Assembly: GCA_964016885.1 (NCBI GenBank)
Contig: OZ024740.1
Location: forward strand, 315,828,001 to 315,892,000
Direction of reading: 5' to 3'
From: Eledone cirrhosa
Taxonomy: Eukaryota
DNA length: 64,000 nt
The position numbers and the translations under genes were made by a program. The notes under the pieces were generated by a model. The model saw nothing but the letters and a program-made list of their open reading frames with translations. It had not been told where the DNA came from and did no database searches. Shown piece after piece: positions 24,255 through 42,287 of the stretch. Position 1 is the first letter of the stretch. Every line of letters starts with the position of its first letter.

Positions 24255-26890
24255 CTTCATCATCATCATCATTTTACATCCGCTCTTCTCTGCTTGCAAG
24301 GGTGGGACGGGTCTTATTCAGCACAGCATCTCTCCACTTGTCACGGTCCTTCGTCATCTCCACCGTGAGCTTCAGCGATTTGAGGTCTGTTCTCACCACC
24401 TCCGCCCATGTTTTTTGTGGTCTACCTCTACCACGTCTTCCTTCAACTGGCATTTCTTCACCCATCGGTCATCCTCCATGCGCATCACATGTCCATACCA
24501 CCTCAGTCTCCTCTCTCGCACACTACATTCATGCTGGGTCGTTCACGCACATTTACACTGCACATCCAATGGAGCATGCTTGCCTCATTTCTCTCCAGCC
24601 GTCGCTGCCCATGTCTCACTACCATGCAGCATCGCGCTCCTCACACAGGCATCATATAACCGGCCTTTCGTACGCAGGGAGAAACCCTTCTTCATCAGCA
24701 GAGGAAGCAGCTCCCTAAACTTCTTCCAACCCATCCTTATTCTAGATACTATGGCCTCAGAACACCCCCCTCCCATGCTAATCTGATCTCCTAGGTACCG
24801 GAAGCTATCCACTACTTCTATAGCACCTGCCTGCATTTGAAAAATGTGTCTATCAATGCGACATCTACTGTCTAATTTCCCTGTACATCTACTGCATACG
24901 TATTTCTCCCTACCTGTTAGTTTGCCTGCTATCCCACTACATCTCTTGTGTACCCAGGATCTGCATTGTGTGCATTTTATAGAATTTATGCCAGTTTCTT
25001 TTCTGCATATCGAACATGGCCATTTCCCTGACGGAATCAGAGTTTTGTCCTCTTTTTTACTCATCAACACTTTTGTCTTAGCTAGGTTCACTCTCAGTCC
25101 TCTTGCTTCCAACTGCTGTTTCCATAGCCAGAATTTATTCTCTAGCTCCTCTACTGATTCTGCTATAAGAACCAGATCGTCAGCATAGAGAAGTTCCCAT
25201 GGACAGCCAGTCTTGAACTCCTGTTATGGCTTGGAGGACTATAATGAACAAGAGCGGGCTGAGGACCAAACCTTGATGTACTCCTACTTGTATCTGGAAT
25301 TCCTCACTAAATTCCATTTGTACCCTGACTTTACTGACAGTACCTCTGTACAAAGTTTGCACTGTCCTCACAAGCCATTCCTCAACACCTAGTTTCCTTA
25401 GGGACCACCAGATGACAGATTGGGGTACCCTATCAGAGGCCTTCTCTAGGTCAACAAAGGCTAAGTATAGTGGCAAATTTTTCTCTAAGAACCTCTCTTG
25501 TAATTGTCTCACCAAGAAGAGGGCATCTGTTGTACTCTTCCCAGGCACAAAACCAAACTGCATCTCATCTAGTTTGACCCTTTCTCTAATTAGTTGTGCT
25601 AATATCCTTTCTGCCACTTTCATAACCTGATCCATCAGCTTTACACCCCTATAATTGCTCCTTTCCAGAGCATCCCCTTCACCTTTGTAGCAATTCATGA
25701 GAATACTGCTGCACCAGTCTTTGGGTATGACACCACCATACAGAGTGCGGACGATATTTGTTCGCAAGATTACTGTCTAGAAAAAAATAACACAGTAGTT
25801 TTATTTTTTAAGATTTATTTATCAAACTTGGGTCAGTTTGTCTTCATGACTTGTTCTTTCGATCTCACTCGATAAACCCACCACTGGCTTTGACGACGGA
25901 CTCAAGGCGGCCTCGGAACCGGCTACAGGCCTTCGTCACTTTCCCCCAACTTAGGCACTTGTGATCCTGGCCTTTAGATCGTCTTTCGTATTGCAGCTAG
26001 ATCTGTTGGTGTTTTGTTACACTGCGCCCCACACAAAGAAGTCGAGTGTGTTGCAGTCAGGCGAGCTGGGAGGCCAGATGTCAGGTGAAGTGTGGTCGAC
26101 GAAGTTCTCTGACAGCCAGGCTTGGGTCTTTCGGCTGGTATGGCAGGGCGCTGAGTCTTGCTGCCACATGTACGGCCTACCTGCAGCTACCTGGTCGATC
26201 CAGGGCTTTACTACCTCGCTCAGAACATGGATGTAGCCATCGGTGTTCAGCTTGAGGCCCTCAGGGAAGAAGTGAGGTGGCATGAAGTCACCTTGACTGC
26301 TGACGACACCTAAGACCAATGTTGTCGCTGGAAACTGTCTGCATGACTCTGGGCACGCCTTTGGATGAGACAGCGAGCCACCTTTTGTTCTGGGAGTTGA
26401 TCTTCTGGTCTTATTTGTCCTCCTGGCGCGGATTCCAAGAAGAACTCCGGGTCTCTTCCACAAATTTGGAGGTTCAAAATTATTCATCATCAATTATTCT
26501 GAAAATAAATAATGGAAATATAGTCACTATTTTTATGAAGACAAGAGTGACACCGGAAGTAAAAAAAAATTGCATAAAATTAGCAGTTGAAAATTGCGAA
26601 CAAATATCGTCCGCACCCTGTATATAGCCTGATTGATGATGCGTGTGACTAGTTTAGTGCCTACGTCCCCTGATGCCTTCAGCATCTCAGCAACTAACCC
26701 CGATGGTCCAGCAGCCTTACTATTTTCTATTTCCTTAATCGCCTCTTGGACCCTATATTCGTCAATCTCAATAGCTGGTCCCTCTGTCGGATCTACTGAG
26801 GGTAATTTCTCTCTCTCCCATTCGTTCTCCACATTTATCAGTTTCTCATAATGACATTTACAGGCCTCCTTTTTCTGATCATTCGTGATT
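24255..26890 (-). mobile_element. RTE-clade LINE, 5'-truncated and frameshifted RT, interrupted by a maT element
   Basis: RT motifs NYRGVKL, QFGFVPGKSTTDA, FVDLEKA, GVHQG..LSPLLF, PHD-like CSIC/CTQC/HKRC, FRYLG, and GRRGRGRP..W. It has a (GAT)n 3' tail at about 24257-24272. Confidence 0.9.
25741..26620 (-). mobile_element. Internally deleted Tc1/mariner element, DD37D (maT) family
   Basis: 27 bp TIRs cag(a/g)gtgcggacgatatttgttcgcaa and a TA target duplication. In QQDSAPCH...WPPSSPDCNTLD there are 37 residues between the last two catalytic Asp. Removing the element restores the RTE frame NQAI-YGGVIPKDW. Confidence 0.92.
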
Positions 26891-27958
26891 ATTATGGGTG
26901 AGAAGCACTATGGTGCCTGGATCGTTAAAGTATTTGTATCAATTATTAGGCCTATACGTAAAACATTGATGTCATCATCATCATCATTTTACGTCCGCTT
27001 TTCCTTGCTTGCAAAGATTATTTTCAATTCAAAATTTATTGAATGTGATTGGTATTTTTGAGCTGATTTTATGGTTATCTAAAAGAAAGGCGTCAGATGT
27101 TTGGGCAATTTCACTGCTTGCCATAGACACTATTTTTTCTAGTCACACCACTGCATTGCAAACAATAGATTGTTTTGTTTTCTGTGGTAATATCAACATA
27201 TGACAACCTTACTCGTACAGGATTACTGGACAATCTCTCAAAACCCTATCAATCAAAAGAAAATGAAACACCTTAAGACAATATATGCATCAAACTTTGG
27301 TAAAGATATGGTGTCACATTAAGTTGTAGACAATAAAAATACACAAGCTATATGATATTTTTCTTCACAAATGTATTTATCTCATTGTGAATGTTTACCA
27401 TGTAGTTAAGACATCTACTGTAAGATTGTTCATCAAATTAAAACTCAGCAGTAGCCATGCCCGGATTCACAAATGTTTATTTATATGTGGCCCCAAACAT
27501 GTTATATTCATTCCATGTTTTTGAGTTCACTTTTGCAGATGTCATTTTTTTTTTTACTCCAAGTATTTCTGTGCTCCCATTCAAAGAAACCATCTCAAAT
27601 ATTGAATGTATGAGCAAGATGTATTTCTCTAATTTGTTTTGTCCTAAACTATGACAACCTGTCCAACCCATGATAGCATGGTAAACTGATGTAAAAAGAC
27701 GATGATGATGATTTTCCCATACACAATTTTTAGTTGAACCTTGCCAGTGCTAGAGCAAACCAACTGCTACTGATTGTAATGTCGCTGTAGCTAAGAGCAT
27801 AGTTACTAACTACTTGTAGCTAAGTGGACTGTGCTTAAAATATAGTGAGCTAAGTATTGCCCAGGAATAAAGGGTAGCAATGATGACAGGATATGAAGTA
27901 CAACCTCCAAATTGGTATGTCATCTGTGTTTTCATGTGTGTGTATACATACAAGTACA

Positions 27959-28034
<76 letters not shown>

Positions 28035-28631
28035 AATACTGCCAATGGGCAAAAGCAGCTAAGGTCAGATTTTAGTACAAAGTTTCTGTAGAATTATTAC
28101 TATAGAGCTTCAAATATAATCAGCTTAGTTTACATTTATAGTAACCAGGTTCGTAACTTCCATACAATTTCGTCTTCAATATGCATCAATTAAAAACATG
28201 ACAAAAGAACTCGCAGAAACATATATATATATAGAGAGAGATAGGGACTATGCAATGTGTTATCTATCAGCAAACACAATGAGTAACTGTAGCAGTAGAT
28301 TGATAACTGATGGGTAGCATGGTTAGTAAAGGAATGATAGATTTCATTGATACATGTTTTTACAATACAATTTCAGTGACGCGGACAGAAATGATGACAG
28401 CTAATACGAATGTCTCAAGGCATCAAATTAATTGGAATTAAGTTTACATTTTTAAATCCGTCTGTTCTATAACACTCTCAACCATCCCCATGTTTTTATA
28501 TAACTTTGACATATTGTGGCTCCCTTGTTTATAACGCGTATTGTATGTGCGAGCCCTTGCCGCTAATGAAATAACTAAATAATAATTTAATCGACTTTGC
28601 CCGCCCTTAAAATTGCTGGCCATGTGCCTAA

Positions 28632-29060
28632 ATCAGAAACCATTATTTTTAATGGATTGGCAGTATCGGTAGAGCATCGGACACCATGCTTTGAAGCATA
28701 GAGTTACGTCCCTTTATGATCTAAGTTCAAATCCCGCCGAGGTTAACTTTGCCTTTCATCCTTACGAGGTCGATAAAATAAAGTACCAGTAATGCACTGG
28801 ATAATTGCTGGCCTTGTGCCAAAAGTAGAAACAATTATTTTAAAGTGGATTGCCAGTGCGGTAGAGCATCGGACCACATGCTTTGCAGCATAGAGTTAAT
28901 GACACTTTACGTTCTAAGTTCAAATCTCGCCGAGGTTAACTTTGCCTTTCATCCTTACGGGGTCGATATAATAAAGTACCAGTCACGCATTGGGGTCGAT
29001 TTAATCGACTTTCCCTTCCCCAAAATTGCTGGCATTGTGCCTATATAAGAACCCATTATT
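28632..29060 (+). mobile_element. Tandem tRNA-derived SINEs
   Basis: Two copies with A/B boxes and core. Confidence 0.85.
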
Positions 29061-29516
29061 AAGATCTCTCATAATTATTATTATATATTAGAAATCAGAC
29101 TCGTTATAATTAGACATTTGTATACGAAGTATAACAAAGCCCCCTCCACACACACCATACTTTTTAATCATTCGATTTTAGCGGAGCTCTCCTACTCTAA
29201 TTGATTCGCATCGTCGCCCACCAAATGCTTTCTGCTTAAAGCCTACTCACTCACCAGACAACAAAATTCAATTATCACCAAATAATTTTAACGATGAAAG
29301 ATGTATTGACATTTCTGTTTACTGTTGAATTTTAACAACAGAATGTATTTATTTTAGCAAAATAATTATAATAATTAATGATAATGTGGTAATTTTAACA
29401 AATAGCAAAATACTGAAGACTTATAGACAGACAATTAAAATTCTAGTACATAGTCTCATCGAGTGACAAGCCATCAACATTAAAGATTGAAGGATATCAA
29501 AAATATAATTGAGAAT

Positions 29517-29558
<42 letters not shown>

Positions 29559-29764
29559 TGACAGTGGCGGGTCTTAAAAATAACGTGATACACTAACAAT
29601 TTAAATATAACACATTTTCTCCAAAGTAGGTTGGTTAGGCATCATCAGTGCCCTAATTGTTGATGTATACCAAAGGGGAATGACGTGAATATTCAAGGAG
29701 CATACTTAAATTTCATCTTCCCATTCAATTATAAAAGTATTTAAGGAACGGATACACACACACA

Positions 29765-33730
<3,966 letters not shown>

Positions 33731-33869
33731 AGAATGTATACAAATAAACACAATCTATATATATGTAGTTTTTTTAAGTGGCTGAAGACACGCACACGCC
33801 ATAACAAGGGCGTTGAGGTTGCCACTTTTGTAATTTGTCACGAGTGATGGTGTGGCTAAGGTGATGGCA

Positions 33870-34372
33870 TAACCAAGCACCCTTACGAACATCACCCGAT
33901 ATGACAGTAAGGCGAACTGTCAACAATGACAAGAACCTTGACAGCAGCCCAGCTTCCCAAAACTTCTCGAAAGCTACAGGTTGAAAATATAAATAGTTGG
34001 CCGATAACTGCTGGTATTTTTAATTGTATTCTGTTCTGCTTCGGATCCTCACCTTTACCACAGCAACAAGGGTGTGAGAAACAAGAGAGTCACTGAATGT
34101 GGGGCTCCAAATGAGCCATCTACCTCTTACCCAACAACTAAGGGTAAGACCATATGGACAATCCAGCTGGCTCCAGTATTGAAGGGCTATTGACTCGAGC
34201 TAGTGGCCGTTTAACATTTAGATGGCAATATACACGAAGACTCTAGGAGTCAAGGGACTTGCCACAACATTTAAATCTCGCACAGACATCGGTTCCGACT
34301 CTGGGTGCAATGGAGTTCATTTATGCGATCGATGTTGTCCACAGGCAAAGCATCAACCCAGTACCCTGCATG
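33870..34372 (-). mobile_element. Highly degenerate CRE-like LINE fragment
   Basis: Minus-strand pieces YWVDALPVDN, LEPAGLS and KYQQLSANY..QPVAFE match the 4.4-5.2 kb copy. Confidence 0.65.
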
Positions 34373-35473
34373 GCCTAGTGGTTAAAGTGTTGGACTTATG
34401 ATCGTAATGTCGTCGGTTCCAGCAAACTAGGATAGACTTTAATGCATACATTTATAATTTATTGTCAATCAACGAAATTAGTAGTGTTCGCTAGAATGTT
34501 ACAACTGGCGATTTCTTCGTCATTATAATAATAATGTATTTTGTTGTTGAATTTCATCATTAAATTATTTTTGTTATCATAAAGCATAGCTACAGTTTAT
34601 GCCCCCTCCCTCGACTTTCTTTTCCTATAACTCCATATTTTTAATTCATTCATTAACAACACATTGTCATTAAACTTCAACAGTAAACAAAAATATCAAG
34701 ACATCTTTTTTAGTAGAAAAGGTAACATTTGAGGAGAAAAAGTAACATTACAGAGAAATTATCTGTGGGCGACGGTGCTAACCTGTACGAGTGCCCTTTT
34801 AGTAAACTAGCCCTCCAATGTCATATAATGTCTCATCTATCGCTCTTGTGACAATAACAAAAGAAAATATTTATTATTAGTAGTATCATTATTATAATTA
34901 ATATCGTCATCATCATCCCTTGGCTATAATATAATCATAGTTGTGATCACGAGTCTACAAATACAAACAACTAAATGCATATACAATGAGCCAGTTAAGA
35001 CATCCACCCGAATACTTTATTTAACGGTATGTTGACAATGACAGTTTGATAAAGATATTTTAATACATTTTAAAGAAAAACTTAATTAGATAAATATTTA
35101 GTTTGTGTAAGCGTGAGAAACGACGTTTAAAGAATCATTCAGATAACGATTGAGTTTATCATTGTAGATAAGCAAACATTGCTATACGAAGTAATGAAAG
35201 TCAAGTGAAAACAAGGAGCAATTCATTTGAAGAAGGAAATAAATATTCACATTTATTGCTTATAATTTAATGACAGTGTTTCTTGGCGCCATTTTCATAT
35301 CTTTTAAAGTAAAATATTATCTCAATAATTACCGTTAAGTTAGTCAAATCTACAATTGAGTGTTTTAGGAATAACGTTAAAAAATGCAATTGTAAATACA
35401 TAAATATGACCACTTGGGGTAGGAAATAGACTATGTTGTAATCTAAAAATCTAACAGTAGAATTATTCTTTAC

Positions 35474-35548
35474 CTTGCTCATTCCCTCCCTGGGGAATCG
35501 TCTGCTGGTCACACCTGCTAAAGATAAGACACGTTCAAAACACGCCAT
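35474..35548 (-). CDS. DUSP22: Probable first coding exon of the DUSP22/15-like gene (MACFERVLSLAGVTSRRFPREGMSK)
   Basis: It ends GMSK|gtaaag at phase 0, matching the GMxK| end of exon 1 in DUSP22/15. The spliced product is about 234 aa. The true start is uncertain. Confidence 0.65.
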
Positions 35549-36199
35549 CTTCCAGCGAGCTTTTATATAGTTTTATACTCAACACTCGTTCTCTTCCTCT
35601 CCCTCCTTCTATCCACTTCAGCAACACTATCTATTTCATCACCTCATCAGCTTTCTTTTTCTCCTCTCCACCATTTACTTGTTAAACACATCCCACTCAC
35701 ACTTCAACTTTCTCTGTTATTCTCATTTTAAACTTTTCTTATCTTGCGATTAAAATTGACTTTATTCGTTCTCATTTCTTCTGTCTTTCTCTCCATGTTT
35801 CTCGTTTTTGTTTCTTTCATTCCTTCTCTCTTTTAATCTACTTTTTCTCTTCCACCTTCGTTTCGATCTTTTCCATAGTACCCTTTTCCTCTTATCTTTT
35901 TTTTTTATCGTTTCCTATATTACCCAATGTTTCATAGGGAGCAAAATGAACTAAAAAGATATCAGACAATGTATCTCGCTCTTTTTCTACTGTTTTCTAT
36001 TTTCTTTCTATAATTTTTTCACTACCCAGTTCTTAGTCCCACCATCCCCCTATCTACATCCCTTTCTCCTTCTATATCGATTTTTCCGTTTACCCTATCA
36101 CTGTCTCACCAATAAACTTAACTTATTTCCTGCTTTTTCTCCCCACTCTTTACCCCCCCCCCCACCTTCATTAAGTGTCTATTAACACAAACGTTATCA

Positions 36200-36213
36200 G
36201 TAACCATGGAAAC
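36200..36213. promoter_or_regulatory. RFX X-box motif GTAACCATGGAAAC
   Basis: Close match to the palindromic X-box consensus, about 650 bp upstream of the putative DUSP ATG. Confidence 0.45.
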
Positions 36214-36901
36214 AACAAAAACAAAACTGCTAATACTTTGGTAGGGTCATATTGCTAATAAAAACATACGCATCATTTTTATTTTGGTTCGGTTTTATTA
36301 GTAGTTAGGTAACTAATCCATTCCTTAGTTTAGTAACCGGATGTTTTTGTTTAATTGTCATATTTAGATGTCAACGCTCTTTCGTCACACATCCTGTGAC
36401 CTTCTCAACCAAGGGCCTTGTTTCAGGGGGGTACCAGGGGACAACCCCCCCCCCCCCAACACATTTTTTCAAACGTCTATGTTTTAGTTTTTGTTTATTT
36501 GATATAATAAATTCTTTTCAAGCTTATTTTTTTATATCTGAACTTCATTTGAATATATAAAATTTAATTAGCGTAAAATTTTACTTATGTGATAGGGTCC
36601 GGGAAAGGCACCATAAACAATTTATGCTCCTTTAAGAATCAACAAATGTTGGTTTGTCCCCCCCCCCCACATTTTAAAGGCACACGAGGCCCCTGTTCTC
36701 AATGATCATTCTTGCTCCTATTGTTTTGATCATGTTCTTTTTATTCCATCTTGAATTAGTCGATCATATCGACCCCAGTACGTAGTTTTTCAAGTCTGGT
36801 ATTTAATTTATCGATCTCTTTTTGTCTAGCTGTTAAGTTACAGAACATAAACACAGACACAAACAAACGTAAACAGAGGCATGGACACGCACACATACAC
36901 C

Positions 36902-36970
<69 letters not shown>

Positions 36971-37015
36971 TAAACAAATAATGAACAAACAATTCCTTAT
37001 ATTAAACAAAAAAAG

Positions 37016-37170
37016 TTCACTATTTAACGATCGTTTCTAGGGTATATATGTGTTATAATTGGTATGCATATTTAACAGATCTATGTACAAAATTATACAA
37101 AATTATACAAATTATCAAGATTAAATATACATACCTAACTCATATATACGCCGTCTTCAGAAATAATGAA
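37016..37170 (-). ncRNA. Type I hammerhead ribozyme with very long stem II
   Basis: Minus strand reads UUCAUUAUUU-CUGAAGA-[~116 nt hairpin]-GAA-ACGAUCGU-U-AAAUAGUGAA. Stem I is 10 bp and stem III is a perfect palindrome. The first stem II pair is a C-A mismatch. Confidence 0.75.
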
Positions 37171-37739
37171 GTATATTTATTGATAATAACAACAATTCAA
37201 AATATCAGTTCAAAATTGACCAATGAAAACATAAAGGGTTAAAAAGCAGTTTGGTGTGTGTATATACATGTAAAACCCTACACACATTTTACAATAATGT
37301 GTGTATAATTTGTATGTGCATACTAAAAAGATGGATGCAAATAAAAAATTTCAAGGTTAATATCTCTGTAAGCTTAATGCGCTGATAAGATACGCAATGA
37401 TACTTATGGAGTCAAGCATATAAATATATTTTTTTCATACTCACACATATCAGTATAATCACACATACATGTGCGTATATATATAAATATACACATAACC
37501 ACGAACACACAAACACACACACTCCCCCACTCACATTTATATATGTGGATATAAAATCATAAGCAAATAGAAATTAAGTCACTCACATAAACACACTGGT
37601 ACACACATTTCAAGATCAAGATACAGAAATTAGGTGGGAGGGGGGGGGGAGGGGTCAGTATTAGGTTGTCAGACCAGACAGCCTAATATAAATGTATCTA
37701 TAAATTATGAAAAATAAAAAAATAAAAACAATAAAATAT

Positions 37740-37939
37740 ATTACATATAATATAATGTACATACGCATACAGATATATATACACATACATACATGTACGC
37801 GCACATAGAGATATCTACACATACATACATACACACATATCTATACTGTCATACACACACATACATTTACACGAACATACACATACACATATAAAAAGAT
37901 AAAAATACGGACACACACACGCGCAACACATACACACAT

Positions 37940-37990
<51 letters not shown>

Positions 37991-38099
37991 TATACACACA
38001 CACATAGACTCATATATATATACATACACATACATATACTTATACATAAACATATATATCCCACACTCATACCACCATGAAAACACATACAAACATCCA

Positions 38100-38144
<45 letters not shown>

Positions 38145-38355
38145 ACATACACACACGTACACATATATGTATATATACATACATATATACACACATACAC
38201 ATATATATATACACACACACATAAAATACAGACATGCACATATATATATATATATATATATATTTCATTACTCTTATATATACACATAGTATATATACAT
38301 ACACAACCTCACTTATACACATATACACATAAGTTATATTACAATAATAATAAAG

Positions 38356-38394
<39 letters not shown>

Positions 38395-38533
38395 TATACA
38401 CACATATACACATATACATACATACACATACATATACATACATACATACACATACATACATACACCTAAATATAAACATATATAAATACACACATACGAA
38501 TAAAGACATATATTCACACATAGACACCTATAT

Positions 38534-38569
<36 letters not shown>

Positions 38570-39160
38570 ATATACACACACATACACATACATACACATA
38601 TATATATACATACACTTATACACACACGCACACACATACAGACACACATACACACTCACATATATATATATATATATATATATATGTGTATGTGAGTGTG
38701 CGCAAATACATACATATATATACACAACCACATACAAACACACACAAACACATACATATGCATACGTGCACACACACACACATATATCACATAGATACGA
38801 AGATAAACATATAAATAGAGAGACATACAAATATATACAGAACCCATATACACATACATACAAACACGCATATACATATATATACATATATACACACACA
38901 TATATTCCTATATACAAGCATACACATACACACACATATATACATATACATACACATATATATACCACACATTCACATACACGTACATATATAATACATA
39001 TATATACATATATATACATACATATGTATGTACAATCATATATACACACTCAATCTTACATTCATATTTACATGCTCATATATGTATTTTTATATTTAGA
39101 AATAAATACCAAAAAAACTATATAGACACCCATCTACACATATATTCATACATATACACT
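37740..39160. repeat. Compound (TA)/(CA)/(CATA) microsatellite field
   Basis: Low-complexity repeats; the ORFs called here are artefacts. Confidence 0.95.
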
Positions 39161-40411
39161 TACAAAAACAGATGATAATAGTATGGGGGAAAGGGGGGGG
39201 GTTTGGAGAAGGGGATCAAAGTAAATATATGTTTCAAGAAACCTATAATATTTTCCATATCTTAATTCAATGTATGTTCTTACATATTTTCAGTGCTAGG
39301 AAATACGAAATCTATGCATCACAAAATAAAAAAGTATACCATTAATCATATGTCAACTAAACCAAAGATAGTCAACATATTGATTTCCAAGGTGTAAATT
39401 AGTTAGGTTTATAATATTTGAAGCAGAATTATGAAGTCAAACAGTAGTAGATTATTAATTATATTATAACTAAATTAAAGTTAATAACGTTATGGTATCA
39501 ATATTAGGAGATGAATTTAGTAATAGGGAAAAGAAACCCAAATAAAAATAAAATAAAGTATTACATCGGTAGTAGCATATAAATTATATGTTAACTAAGT
39601 TAAAAATTATATATTTATTTCAATAGTATATGTTAATTAGTATATGTTAATTAGGTACACAATACATAAAGCAGATATTGTATTTCATCAATAGCATAAT
39701 ATAATTATAAGCAAATAAAAATCAAAATTAATACGCATACACATACATATACATACACATACACATACATATACATATACATACACATATATATATATAT
39801 ATATACATATATATACACATACATACATATATAGTCACATAAATATACATACAGATACACATACAATACACACATATACATATACATATAGATATACATA
39901 TCTTTTTCAAAAAATTTGCACAGAATATATTAACTAGGTATATATCCAAAAACACCTCCCATTCTATGATTACATGAAATTCTGCAATTCGTCTGTACAA
40001 GGATACTAATTTTAAGCAAATTAAAATTAAAATTAAAGTTTTAGGTTGATTAAAGCTAAAACCAAATAATAAATATATTTCCAAAATGTATATTAATTAG
40101 GTCAATAATACTAAAAATTCTTTCTCCGTCATAGGATACATGATATTATTTTGTTATATTTTATCTGTAAAAGAATTATAATAAAAAAAATTATAATAAA
40201 AGGTTAAACTAAATTAAAAAATTATAATAAAAGGTTAAAATAAGTTAAAATTAATCTATAAATTAAATTACTGAATATATATTAGTAATATTTAAAGGTT
40301 TTTCAAAATTAATGATTACATAATATTTTCTCATCTGTAATAAAATATTAATTAAATTAAATTTATAGGTTAACTAACATTTAAATTAAATTAAATTCTA
40401 GAATAATGTTA

Positions 40412-41450
40412 TTAATTAGGTTTATAATATTTAAATGTTTTTTTTAGTTTATGATTACACGATATAATTAATTCCTGTCTTTTATTTAATAAGATATCCC
40501 TAGACTTCATTATTTCAAATAGTTCTTGGGAACATAATCTACATTCCTTTCTATTATTTTGATAAGGGGTGGCTCTTTTGAGCACACTCCAGGTCAAATC
40601 ATATTTTATATTTTTATTTTTATAACTATTGATTTTTTCTGCTAGAGATGTTGTATTAGCCAGTGCGGCATTTTTAAAGCTATGTTTGTGGGTATTATAC
40701 CTTGTCTTAAAATTGTTAGAGGTAGCTCCTATATATGAGCAAATAGAATCTTTAGTTTTAACATTACATTTATAGACTATGTTGTTAACAAGACAATTCC
40801 CTTTTAATGGGCAGTTTGTTTTGTTTCTACAGTTACATCCTTTCGTTAATTCTGTATTTGAGGAGATATTATTGTTAATTTGATGTACTGGTGGTATACT
40901 TATAGTTTTCTTACATTTATATGCATTATATGCACTTATATTTTGTTTTATGTTATTTGTTGTAGAATATGAGAATTTAACTGTAGACCTATTTAAGATT
41001 TGATGGTATTTGTGGTTTGGCGGGAAGTTTTTCTCAAGGATATAAAAAAATTTTTTAGCAATATTATCCTTAACTTGTAAATTAAAAGGAGCATTATACC
41101 AAGTAACTCGTCTATTACGGTTTCTATGTTGTTTATTATTTTTATTATTTTTATATGTTGTATCATGATTTTTACTAGGAGGAATAATGTTAATGATCTC
41201 ACCACAACTATTTTTAGTTATATTTGTAGATTTAGGTGTTTTATCTTTTTTATTAGGAGTTTTATTATTAATATTTATTATAGTCTTATGATGAGTAGTT
41301 TTTTGAGGGTTACTATACTTTATATTAGAAGATTTAGTATTTTGGGGTATACTGTGGGTGGCATTTAGGTGTGTACTTTTCATTTGGTGTTTGTTGGTAA
41401 TATTATGCTGTATGTTTTCAGTATTTTTAGTAGAAGTTATATACTCTAAT
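40412..41450 (-). mobile_element. Penelope-like (Naiad-type) element, 5'-truncated ORF with linker and GIY-YIG endonuclease but no RT
   Basis: RRVTWYNAPF...FPPNHKYHQILNRSTVKFSYS, CNCRNKTNCPLKGNC, IVY, YIG, FKTRYNTH, CRLCSQE, LLNKRQE, CNH. The frame stays open upstream of the ATG at 41383 (RLEYITS...) up to a (TA)n tract. Confidence 0.88.
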
Positions 41451-41503
41451 CTATATATCTATATATATATATAAGATCAAAAGATGGTTAAAAGAGTTCC
41501 ATG

Positions 41504-41574
41504 TATTTTATTATGCGCATTTCAAAAACAAATATCATCATGCGATGACATTTGCGTTTTCGTCAGATAAAATA
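41504..41574 (-). ncRNA. Type I hammerhead ribozyme
   Basis: UAUUUUAU-CUGACGA-stem II (GCAAAUGUCAUC/GAUGAUAUUUGU, loop GCAU)-GAA-AUGCGCAU-A-AUAAAAUA. Confidence 0.88.
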
Positions 41575-41629
41575 GGGAGACATGATATGAAGGTTAAAAA
41601 ACACTTGTGAATAGTGCAGTTTTAAATCA

Positions 41630-41733
<104 letters not shown>

Positions 41734-41771
41734 ATTATTATTATTATGTAATAAACAACATAAGGCAATTA

Positions 41772-41831
41772 TTCCATTTACCAGTGGTTTCTTAAAAGCA
41801 AAAGGTTTTGTTTTCAATCCTCAGAATGAAA
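41772..41831 (-). ncRNA. Type I hammerhead ribozyme (family B)
   Basis: UUUCAUU-CUGAGGA-UUGAAAACAAAACCUUUUGCUUUUAA-GAA-ACCACUGGU-A-AAUGGAA. Confidence 0.85.
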
Positions 41832-42109
41832 AATCCTGGTTTGTTTATTGAATATGGATTCTAAAAACAAAAATGCAATCTATATGAAAGTGAGGCTGGA
41901 AAAGGGAGAAGGAAAGGAAAAATAAAATAAAACTACACATGCAAACACACACACAAAAAAACACAAAAGCATACTTACACACACATACATATATACATAT
42001 ATATAAATGTACGCATACATATATACATATACACATATATATATAAAACGTACACCTACACACACATACACATATATACACACATATACACATACATACA
42101 TTCATACAT

Positions 42110-42146
<37 letters not shown>

Positions 42147-42168
42147 TACACACACACATATATATACA

Positions 42169-42247
<79 letters not shown>

Positions 42248-42287
42248 GATATTAAATAAATGGAAACTATATTTATAAAACCATATT

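Noticed and set aside
40412-41383. Stand-alone homing endonuclease or host nuclease gene
   Set aside because: The linker motifs and the open frame upstream of the ATG indicate a 5'-truncated Penelope-like ORF. No intron context or promoter evidence is visible.
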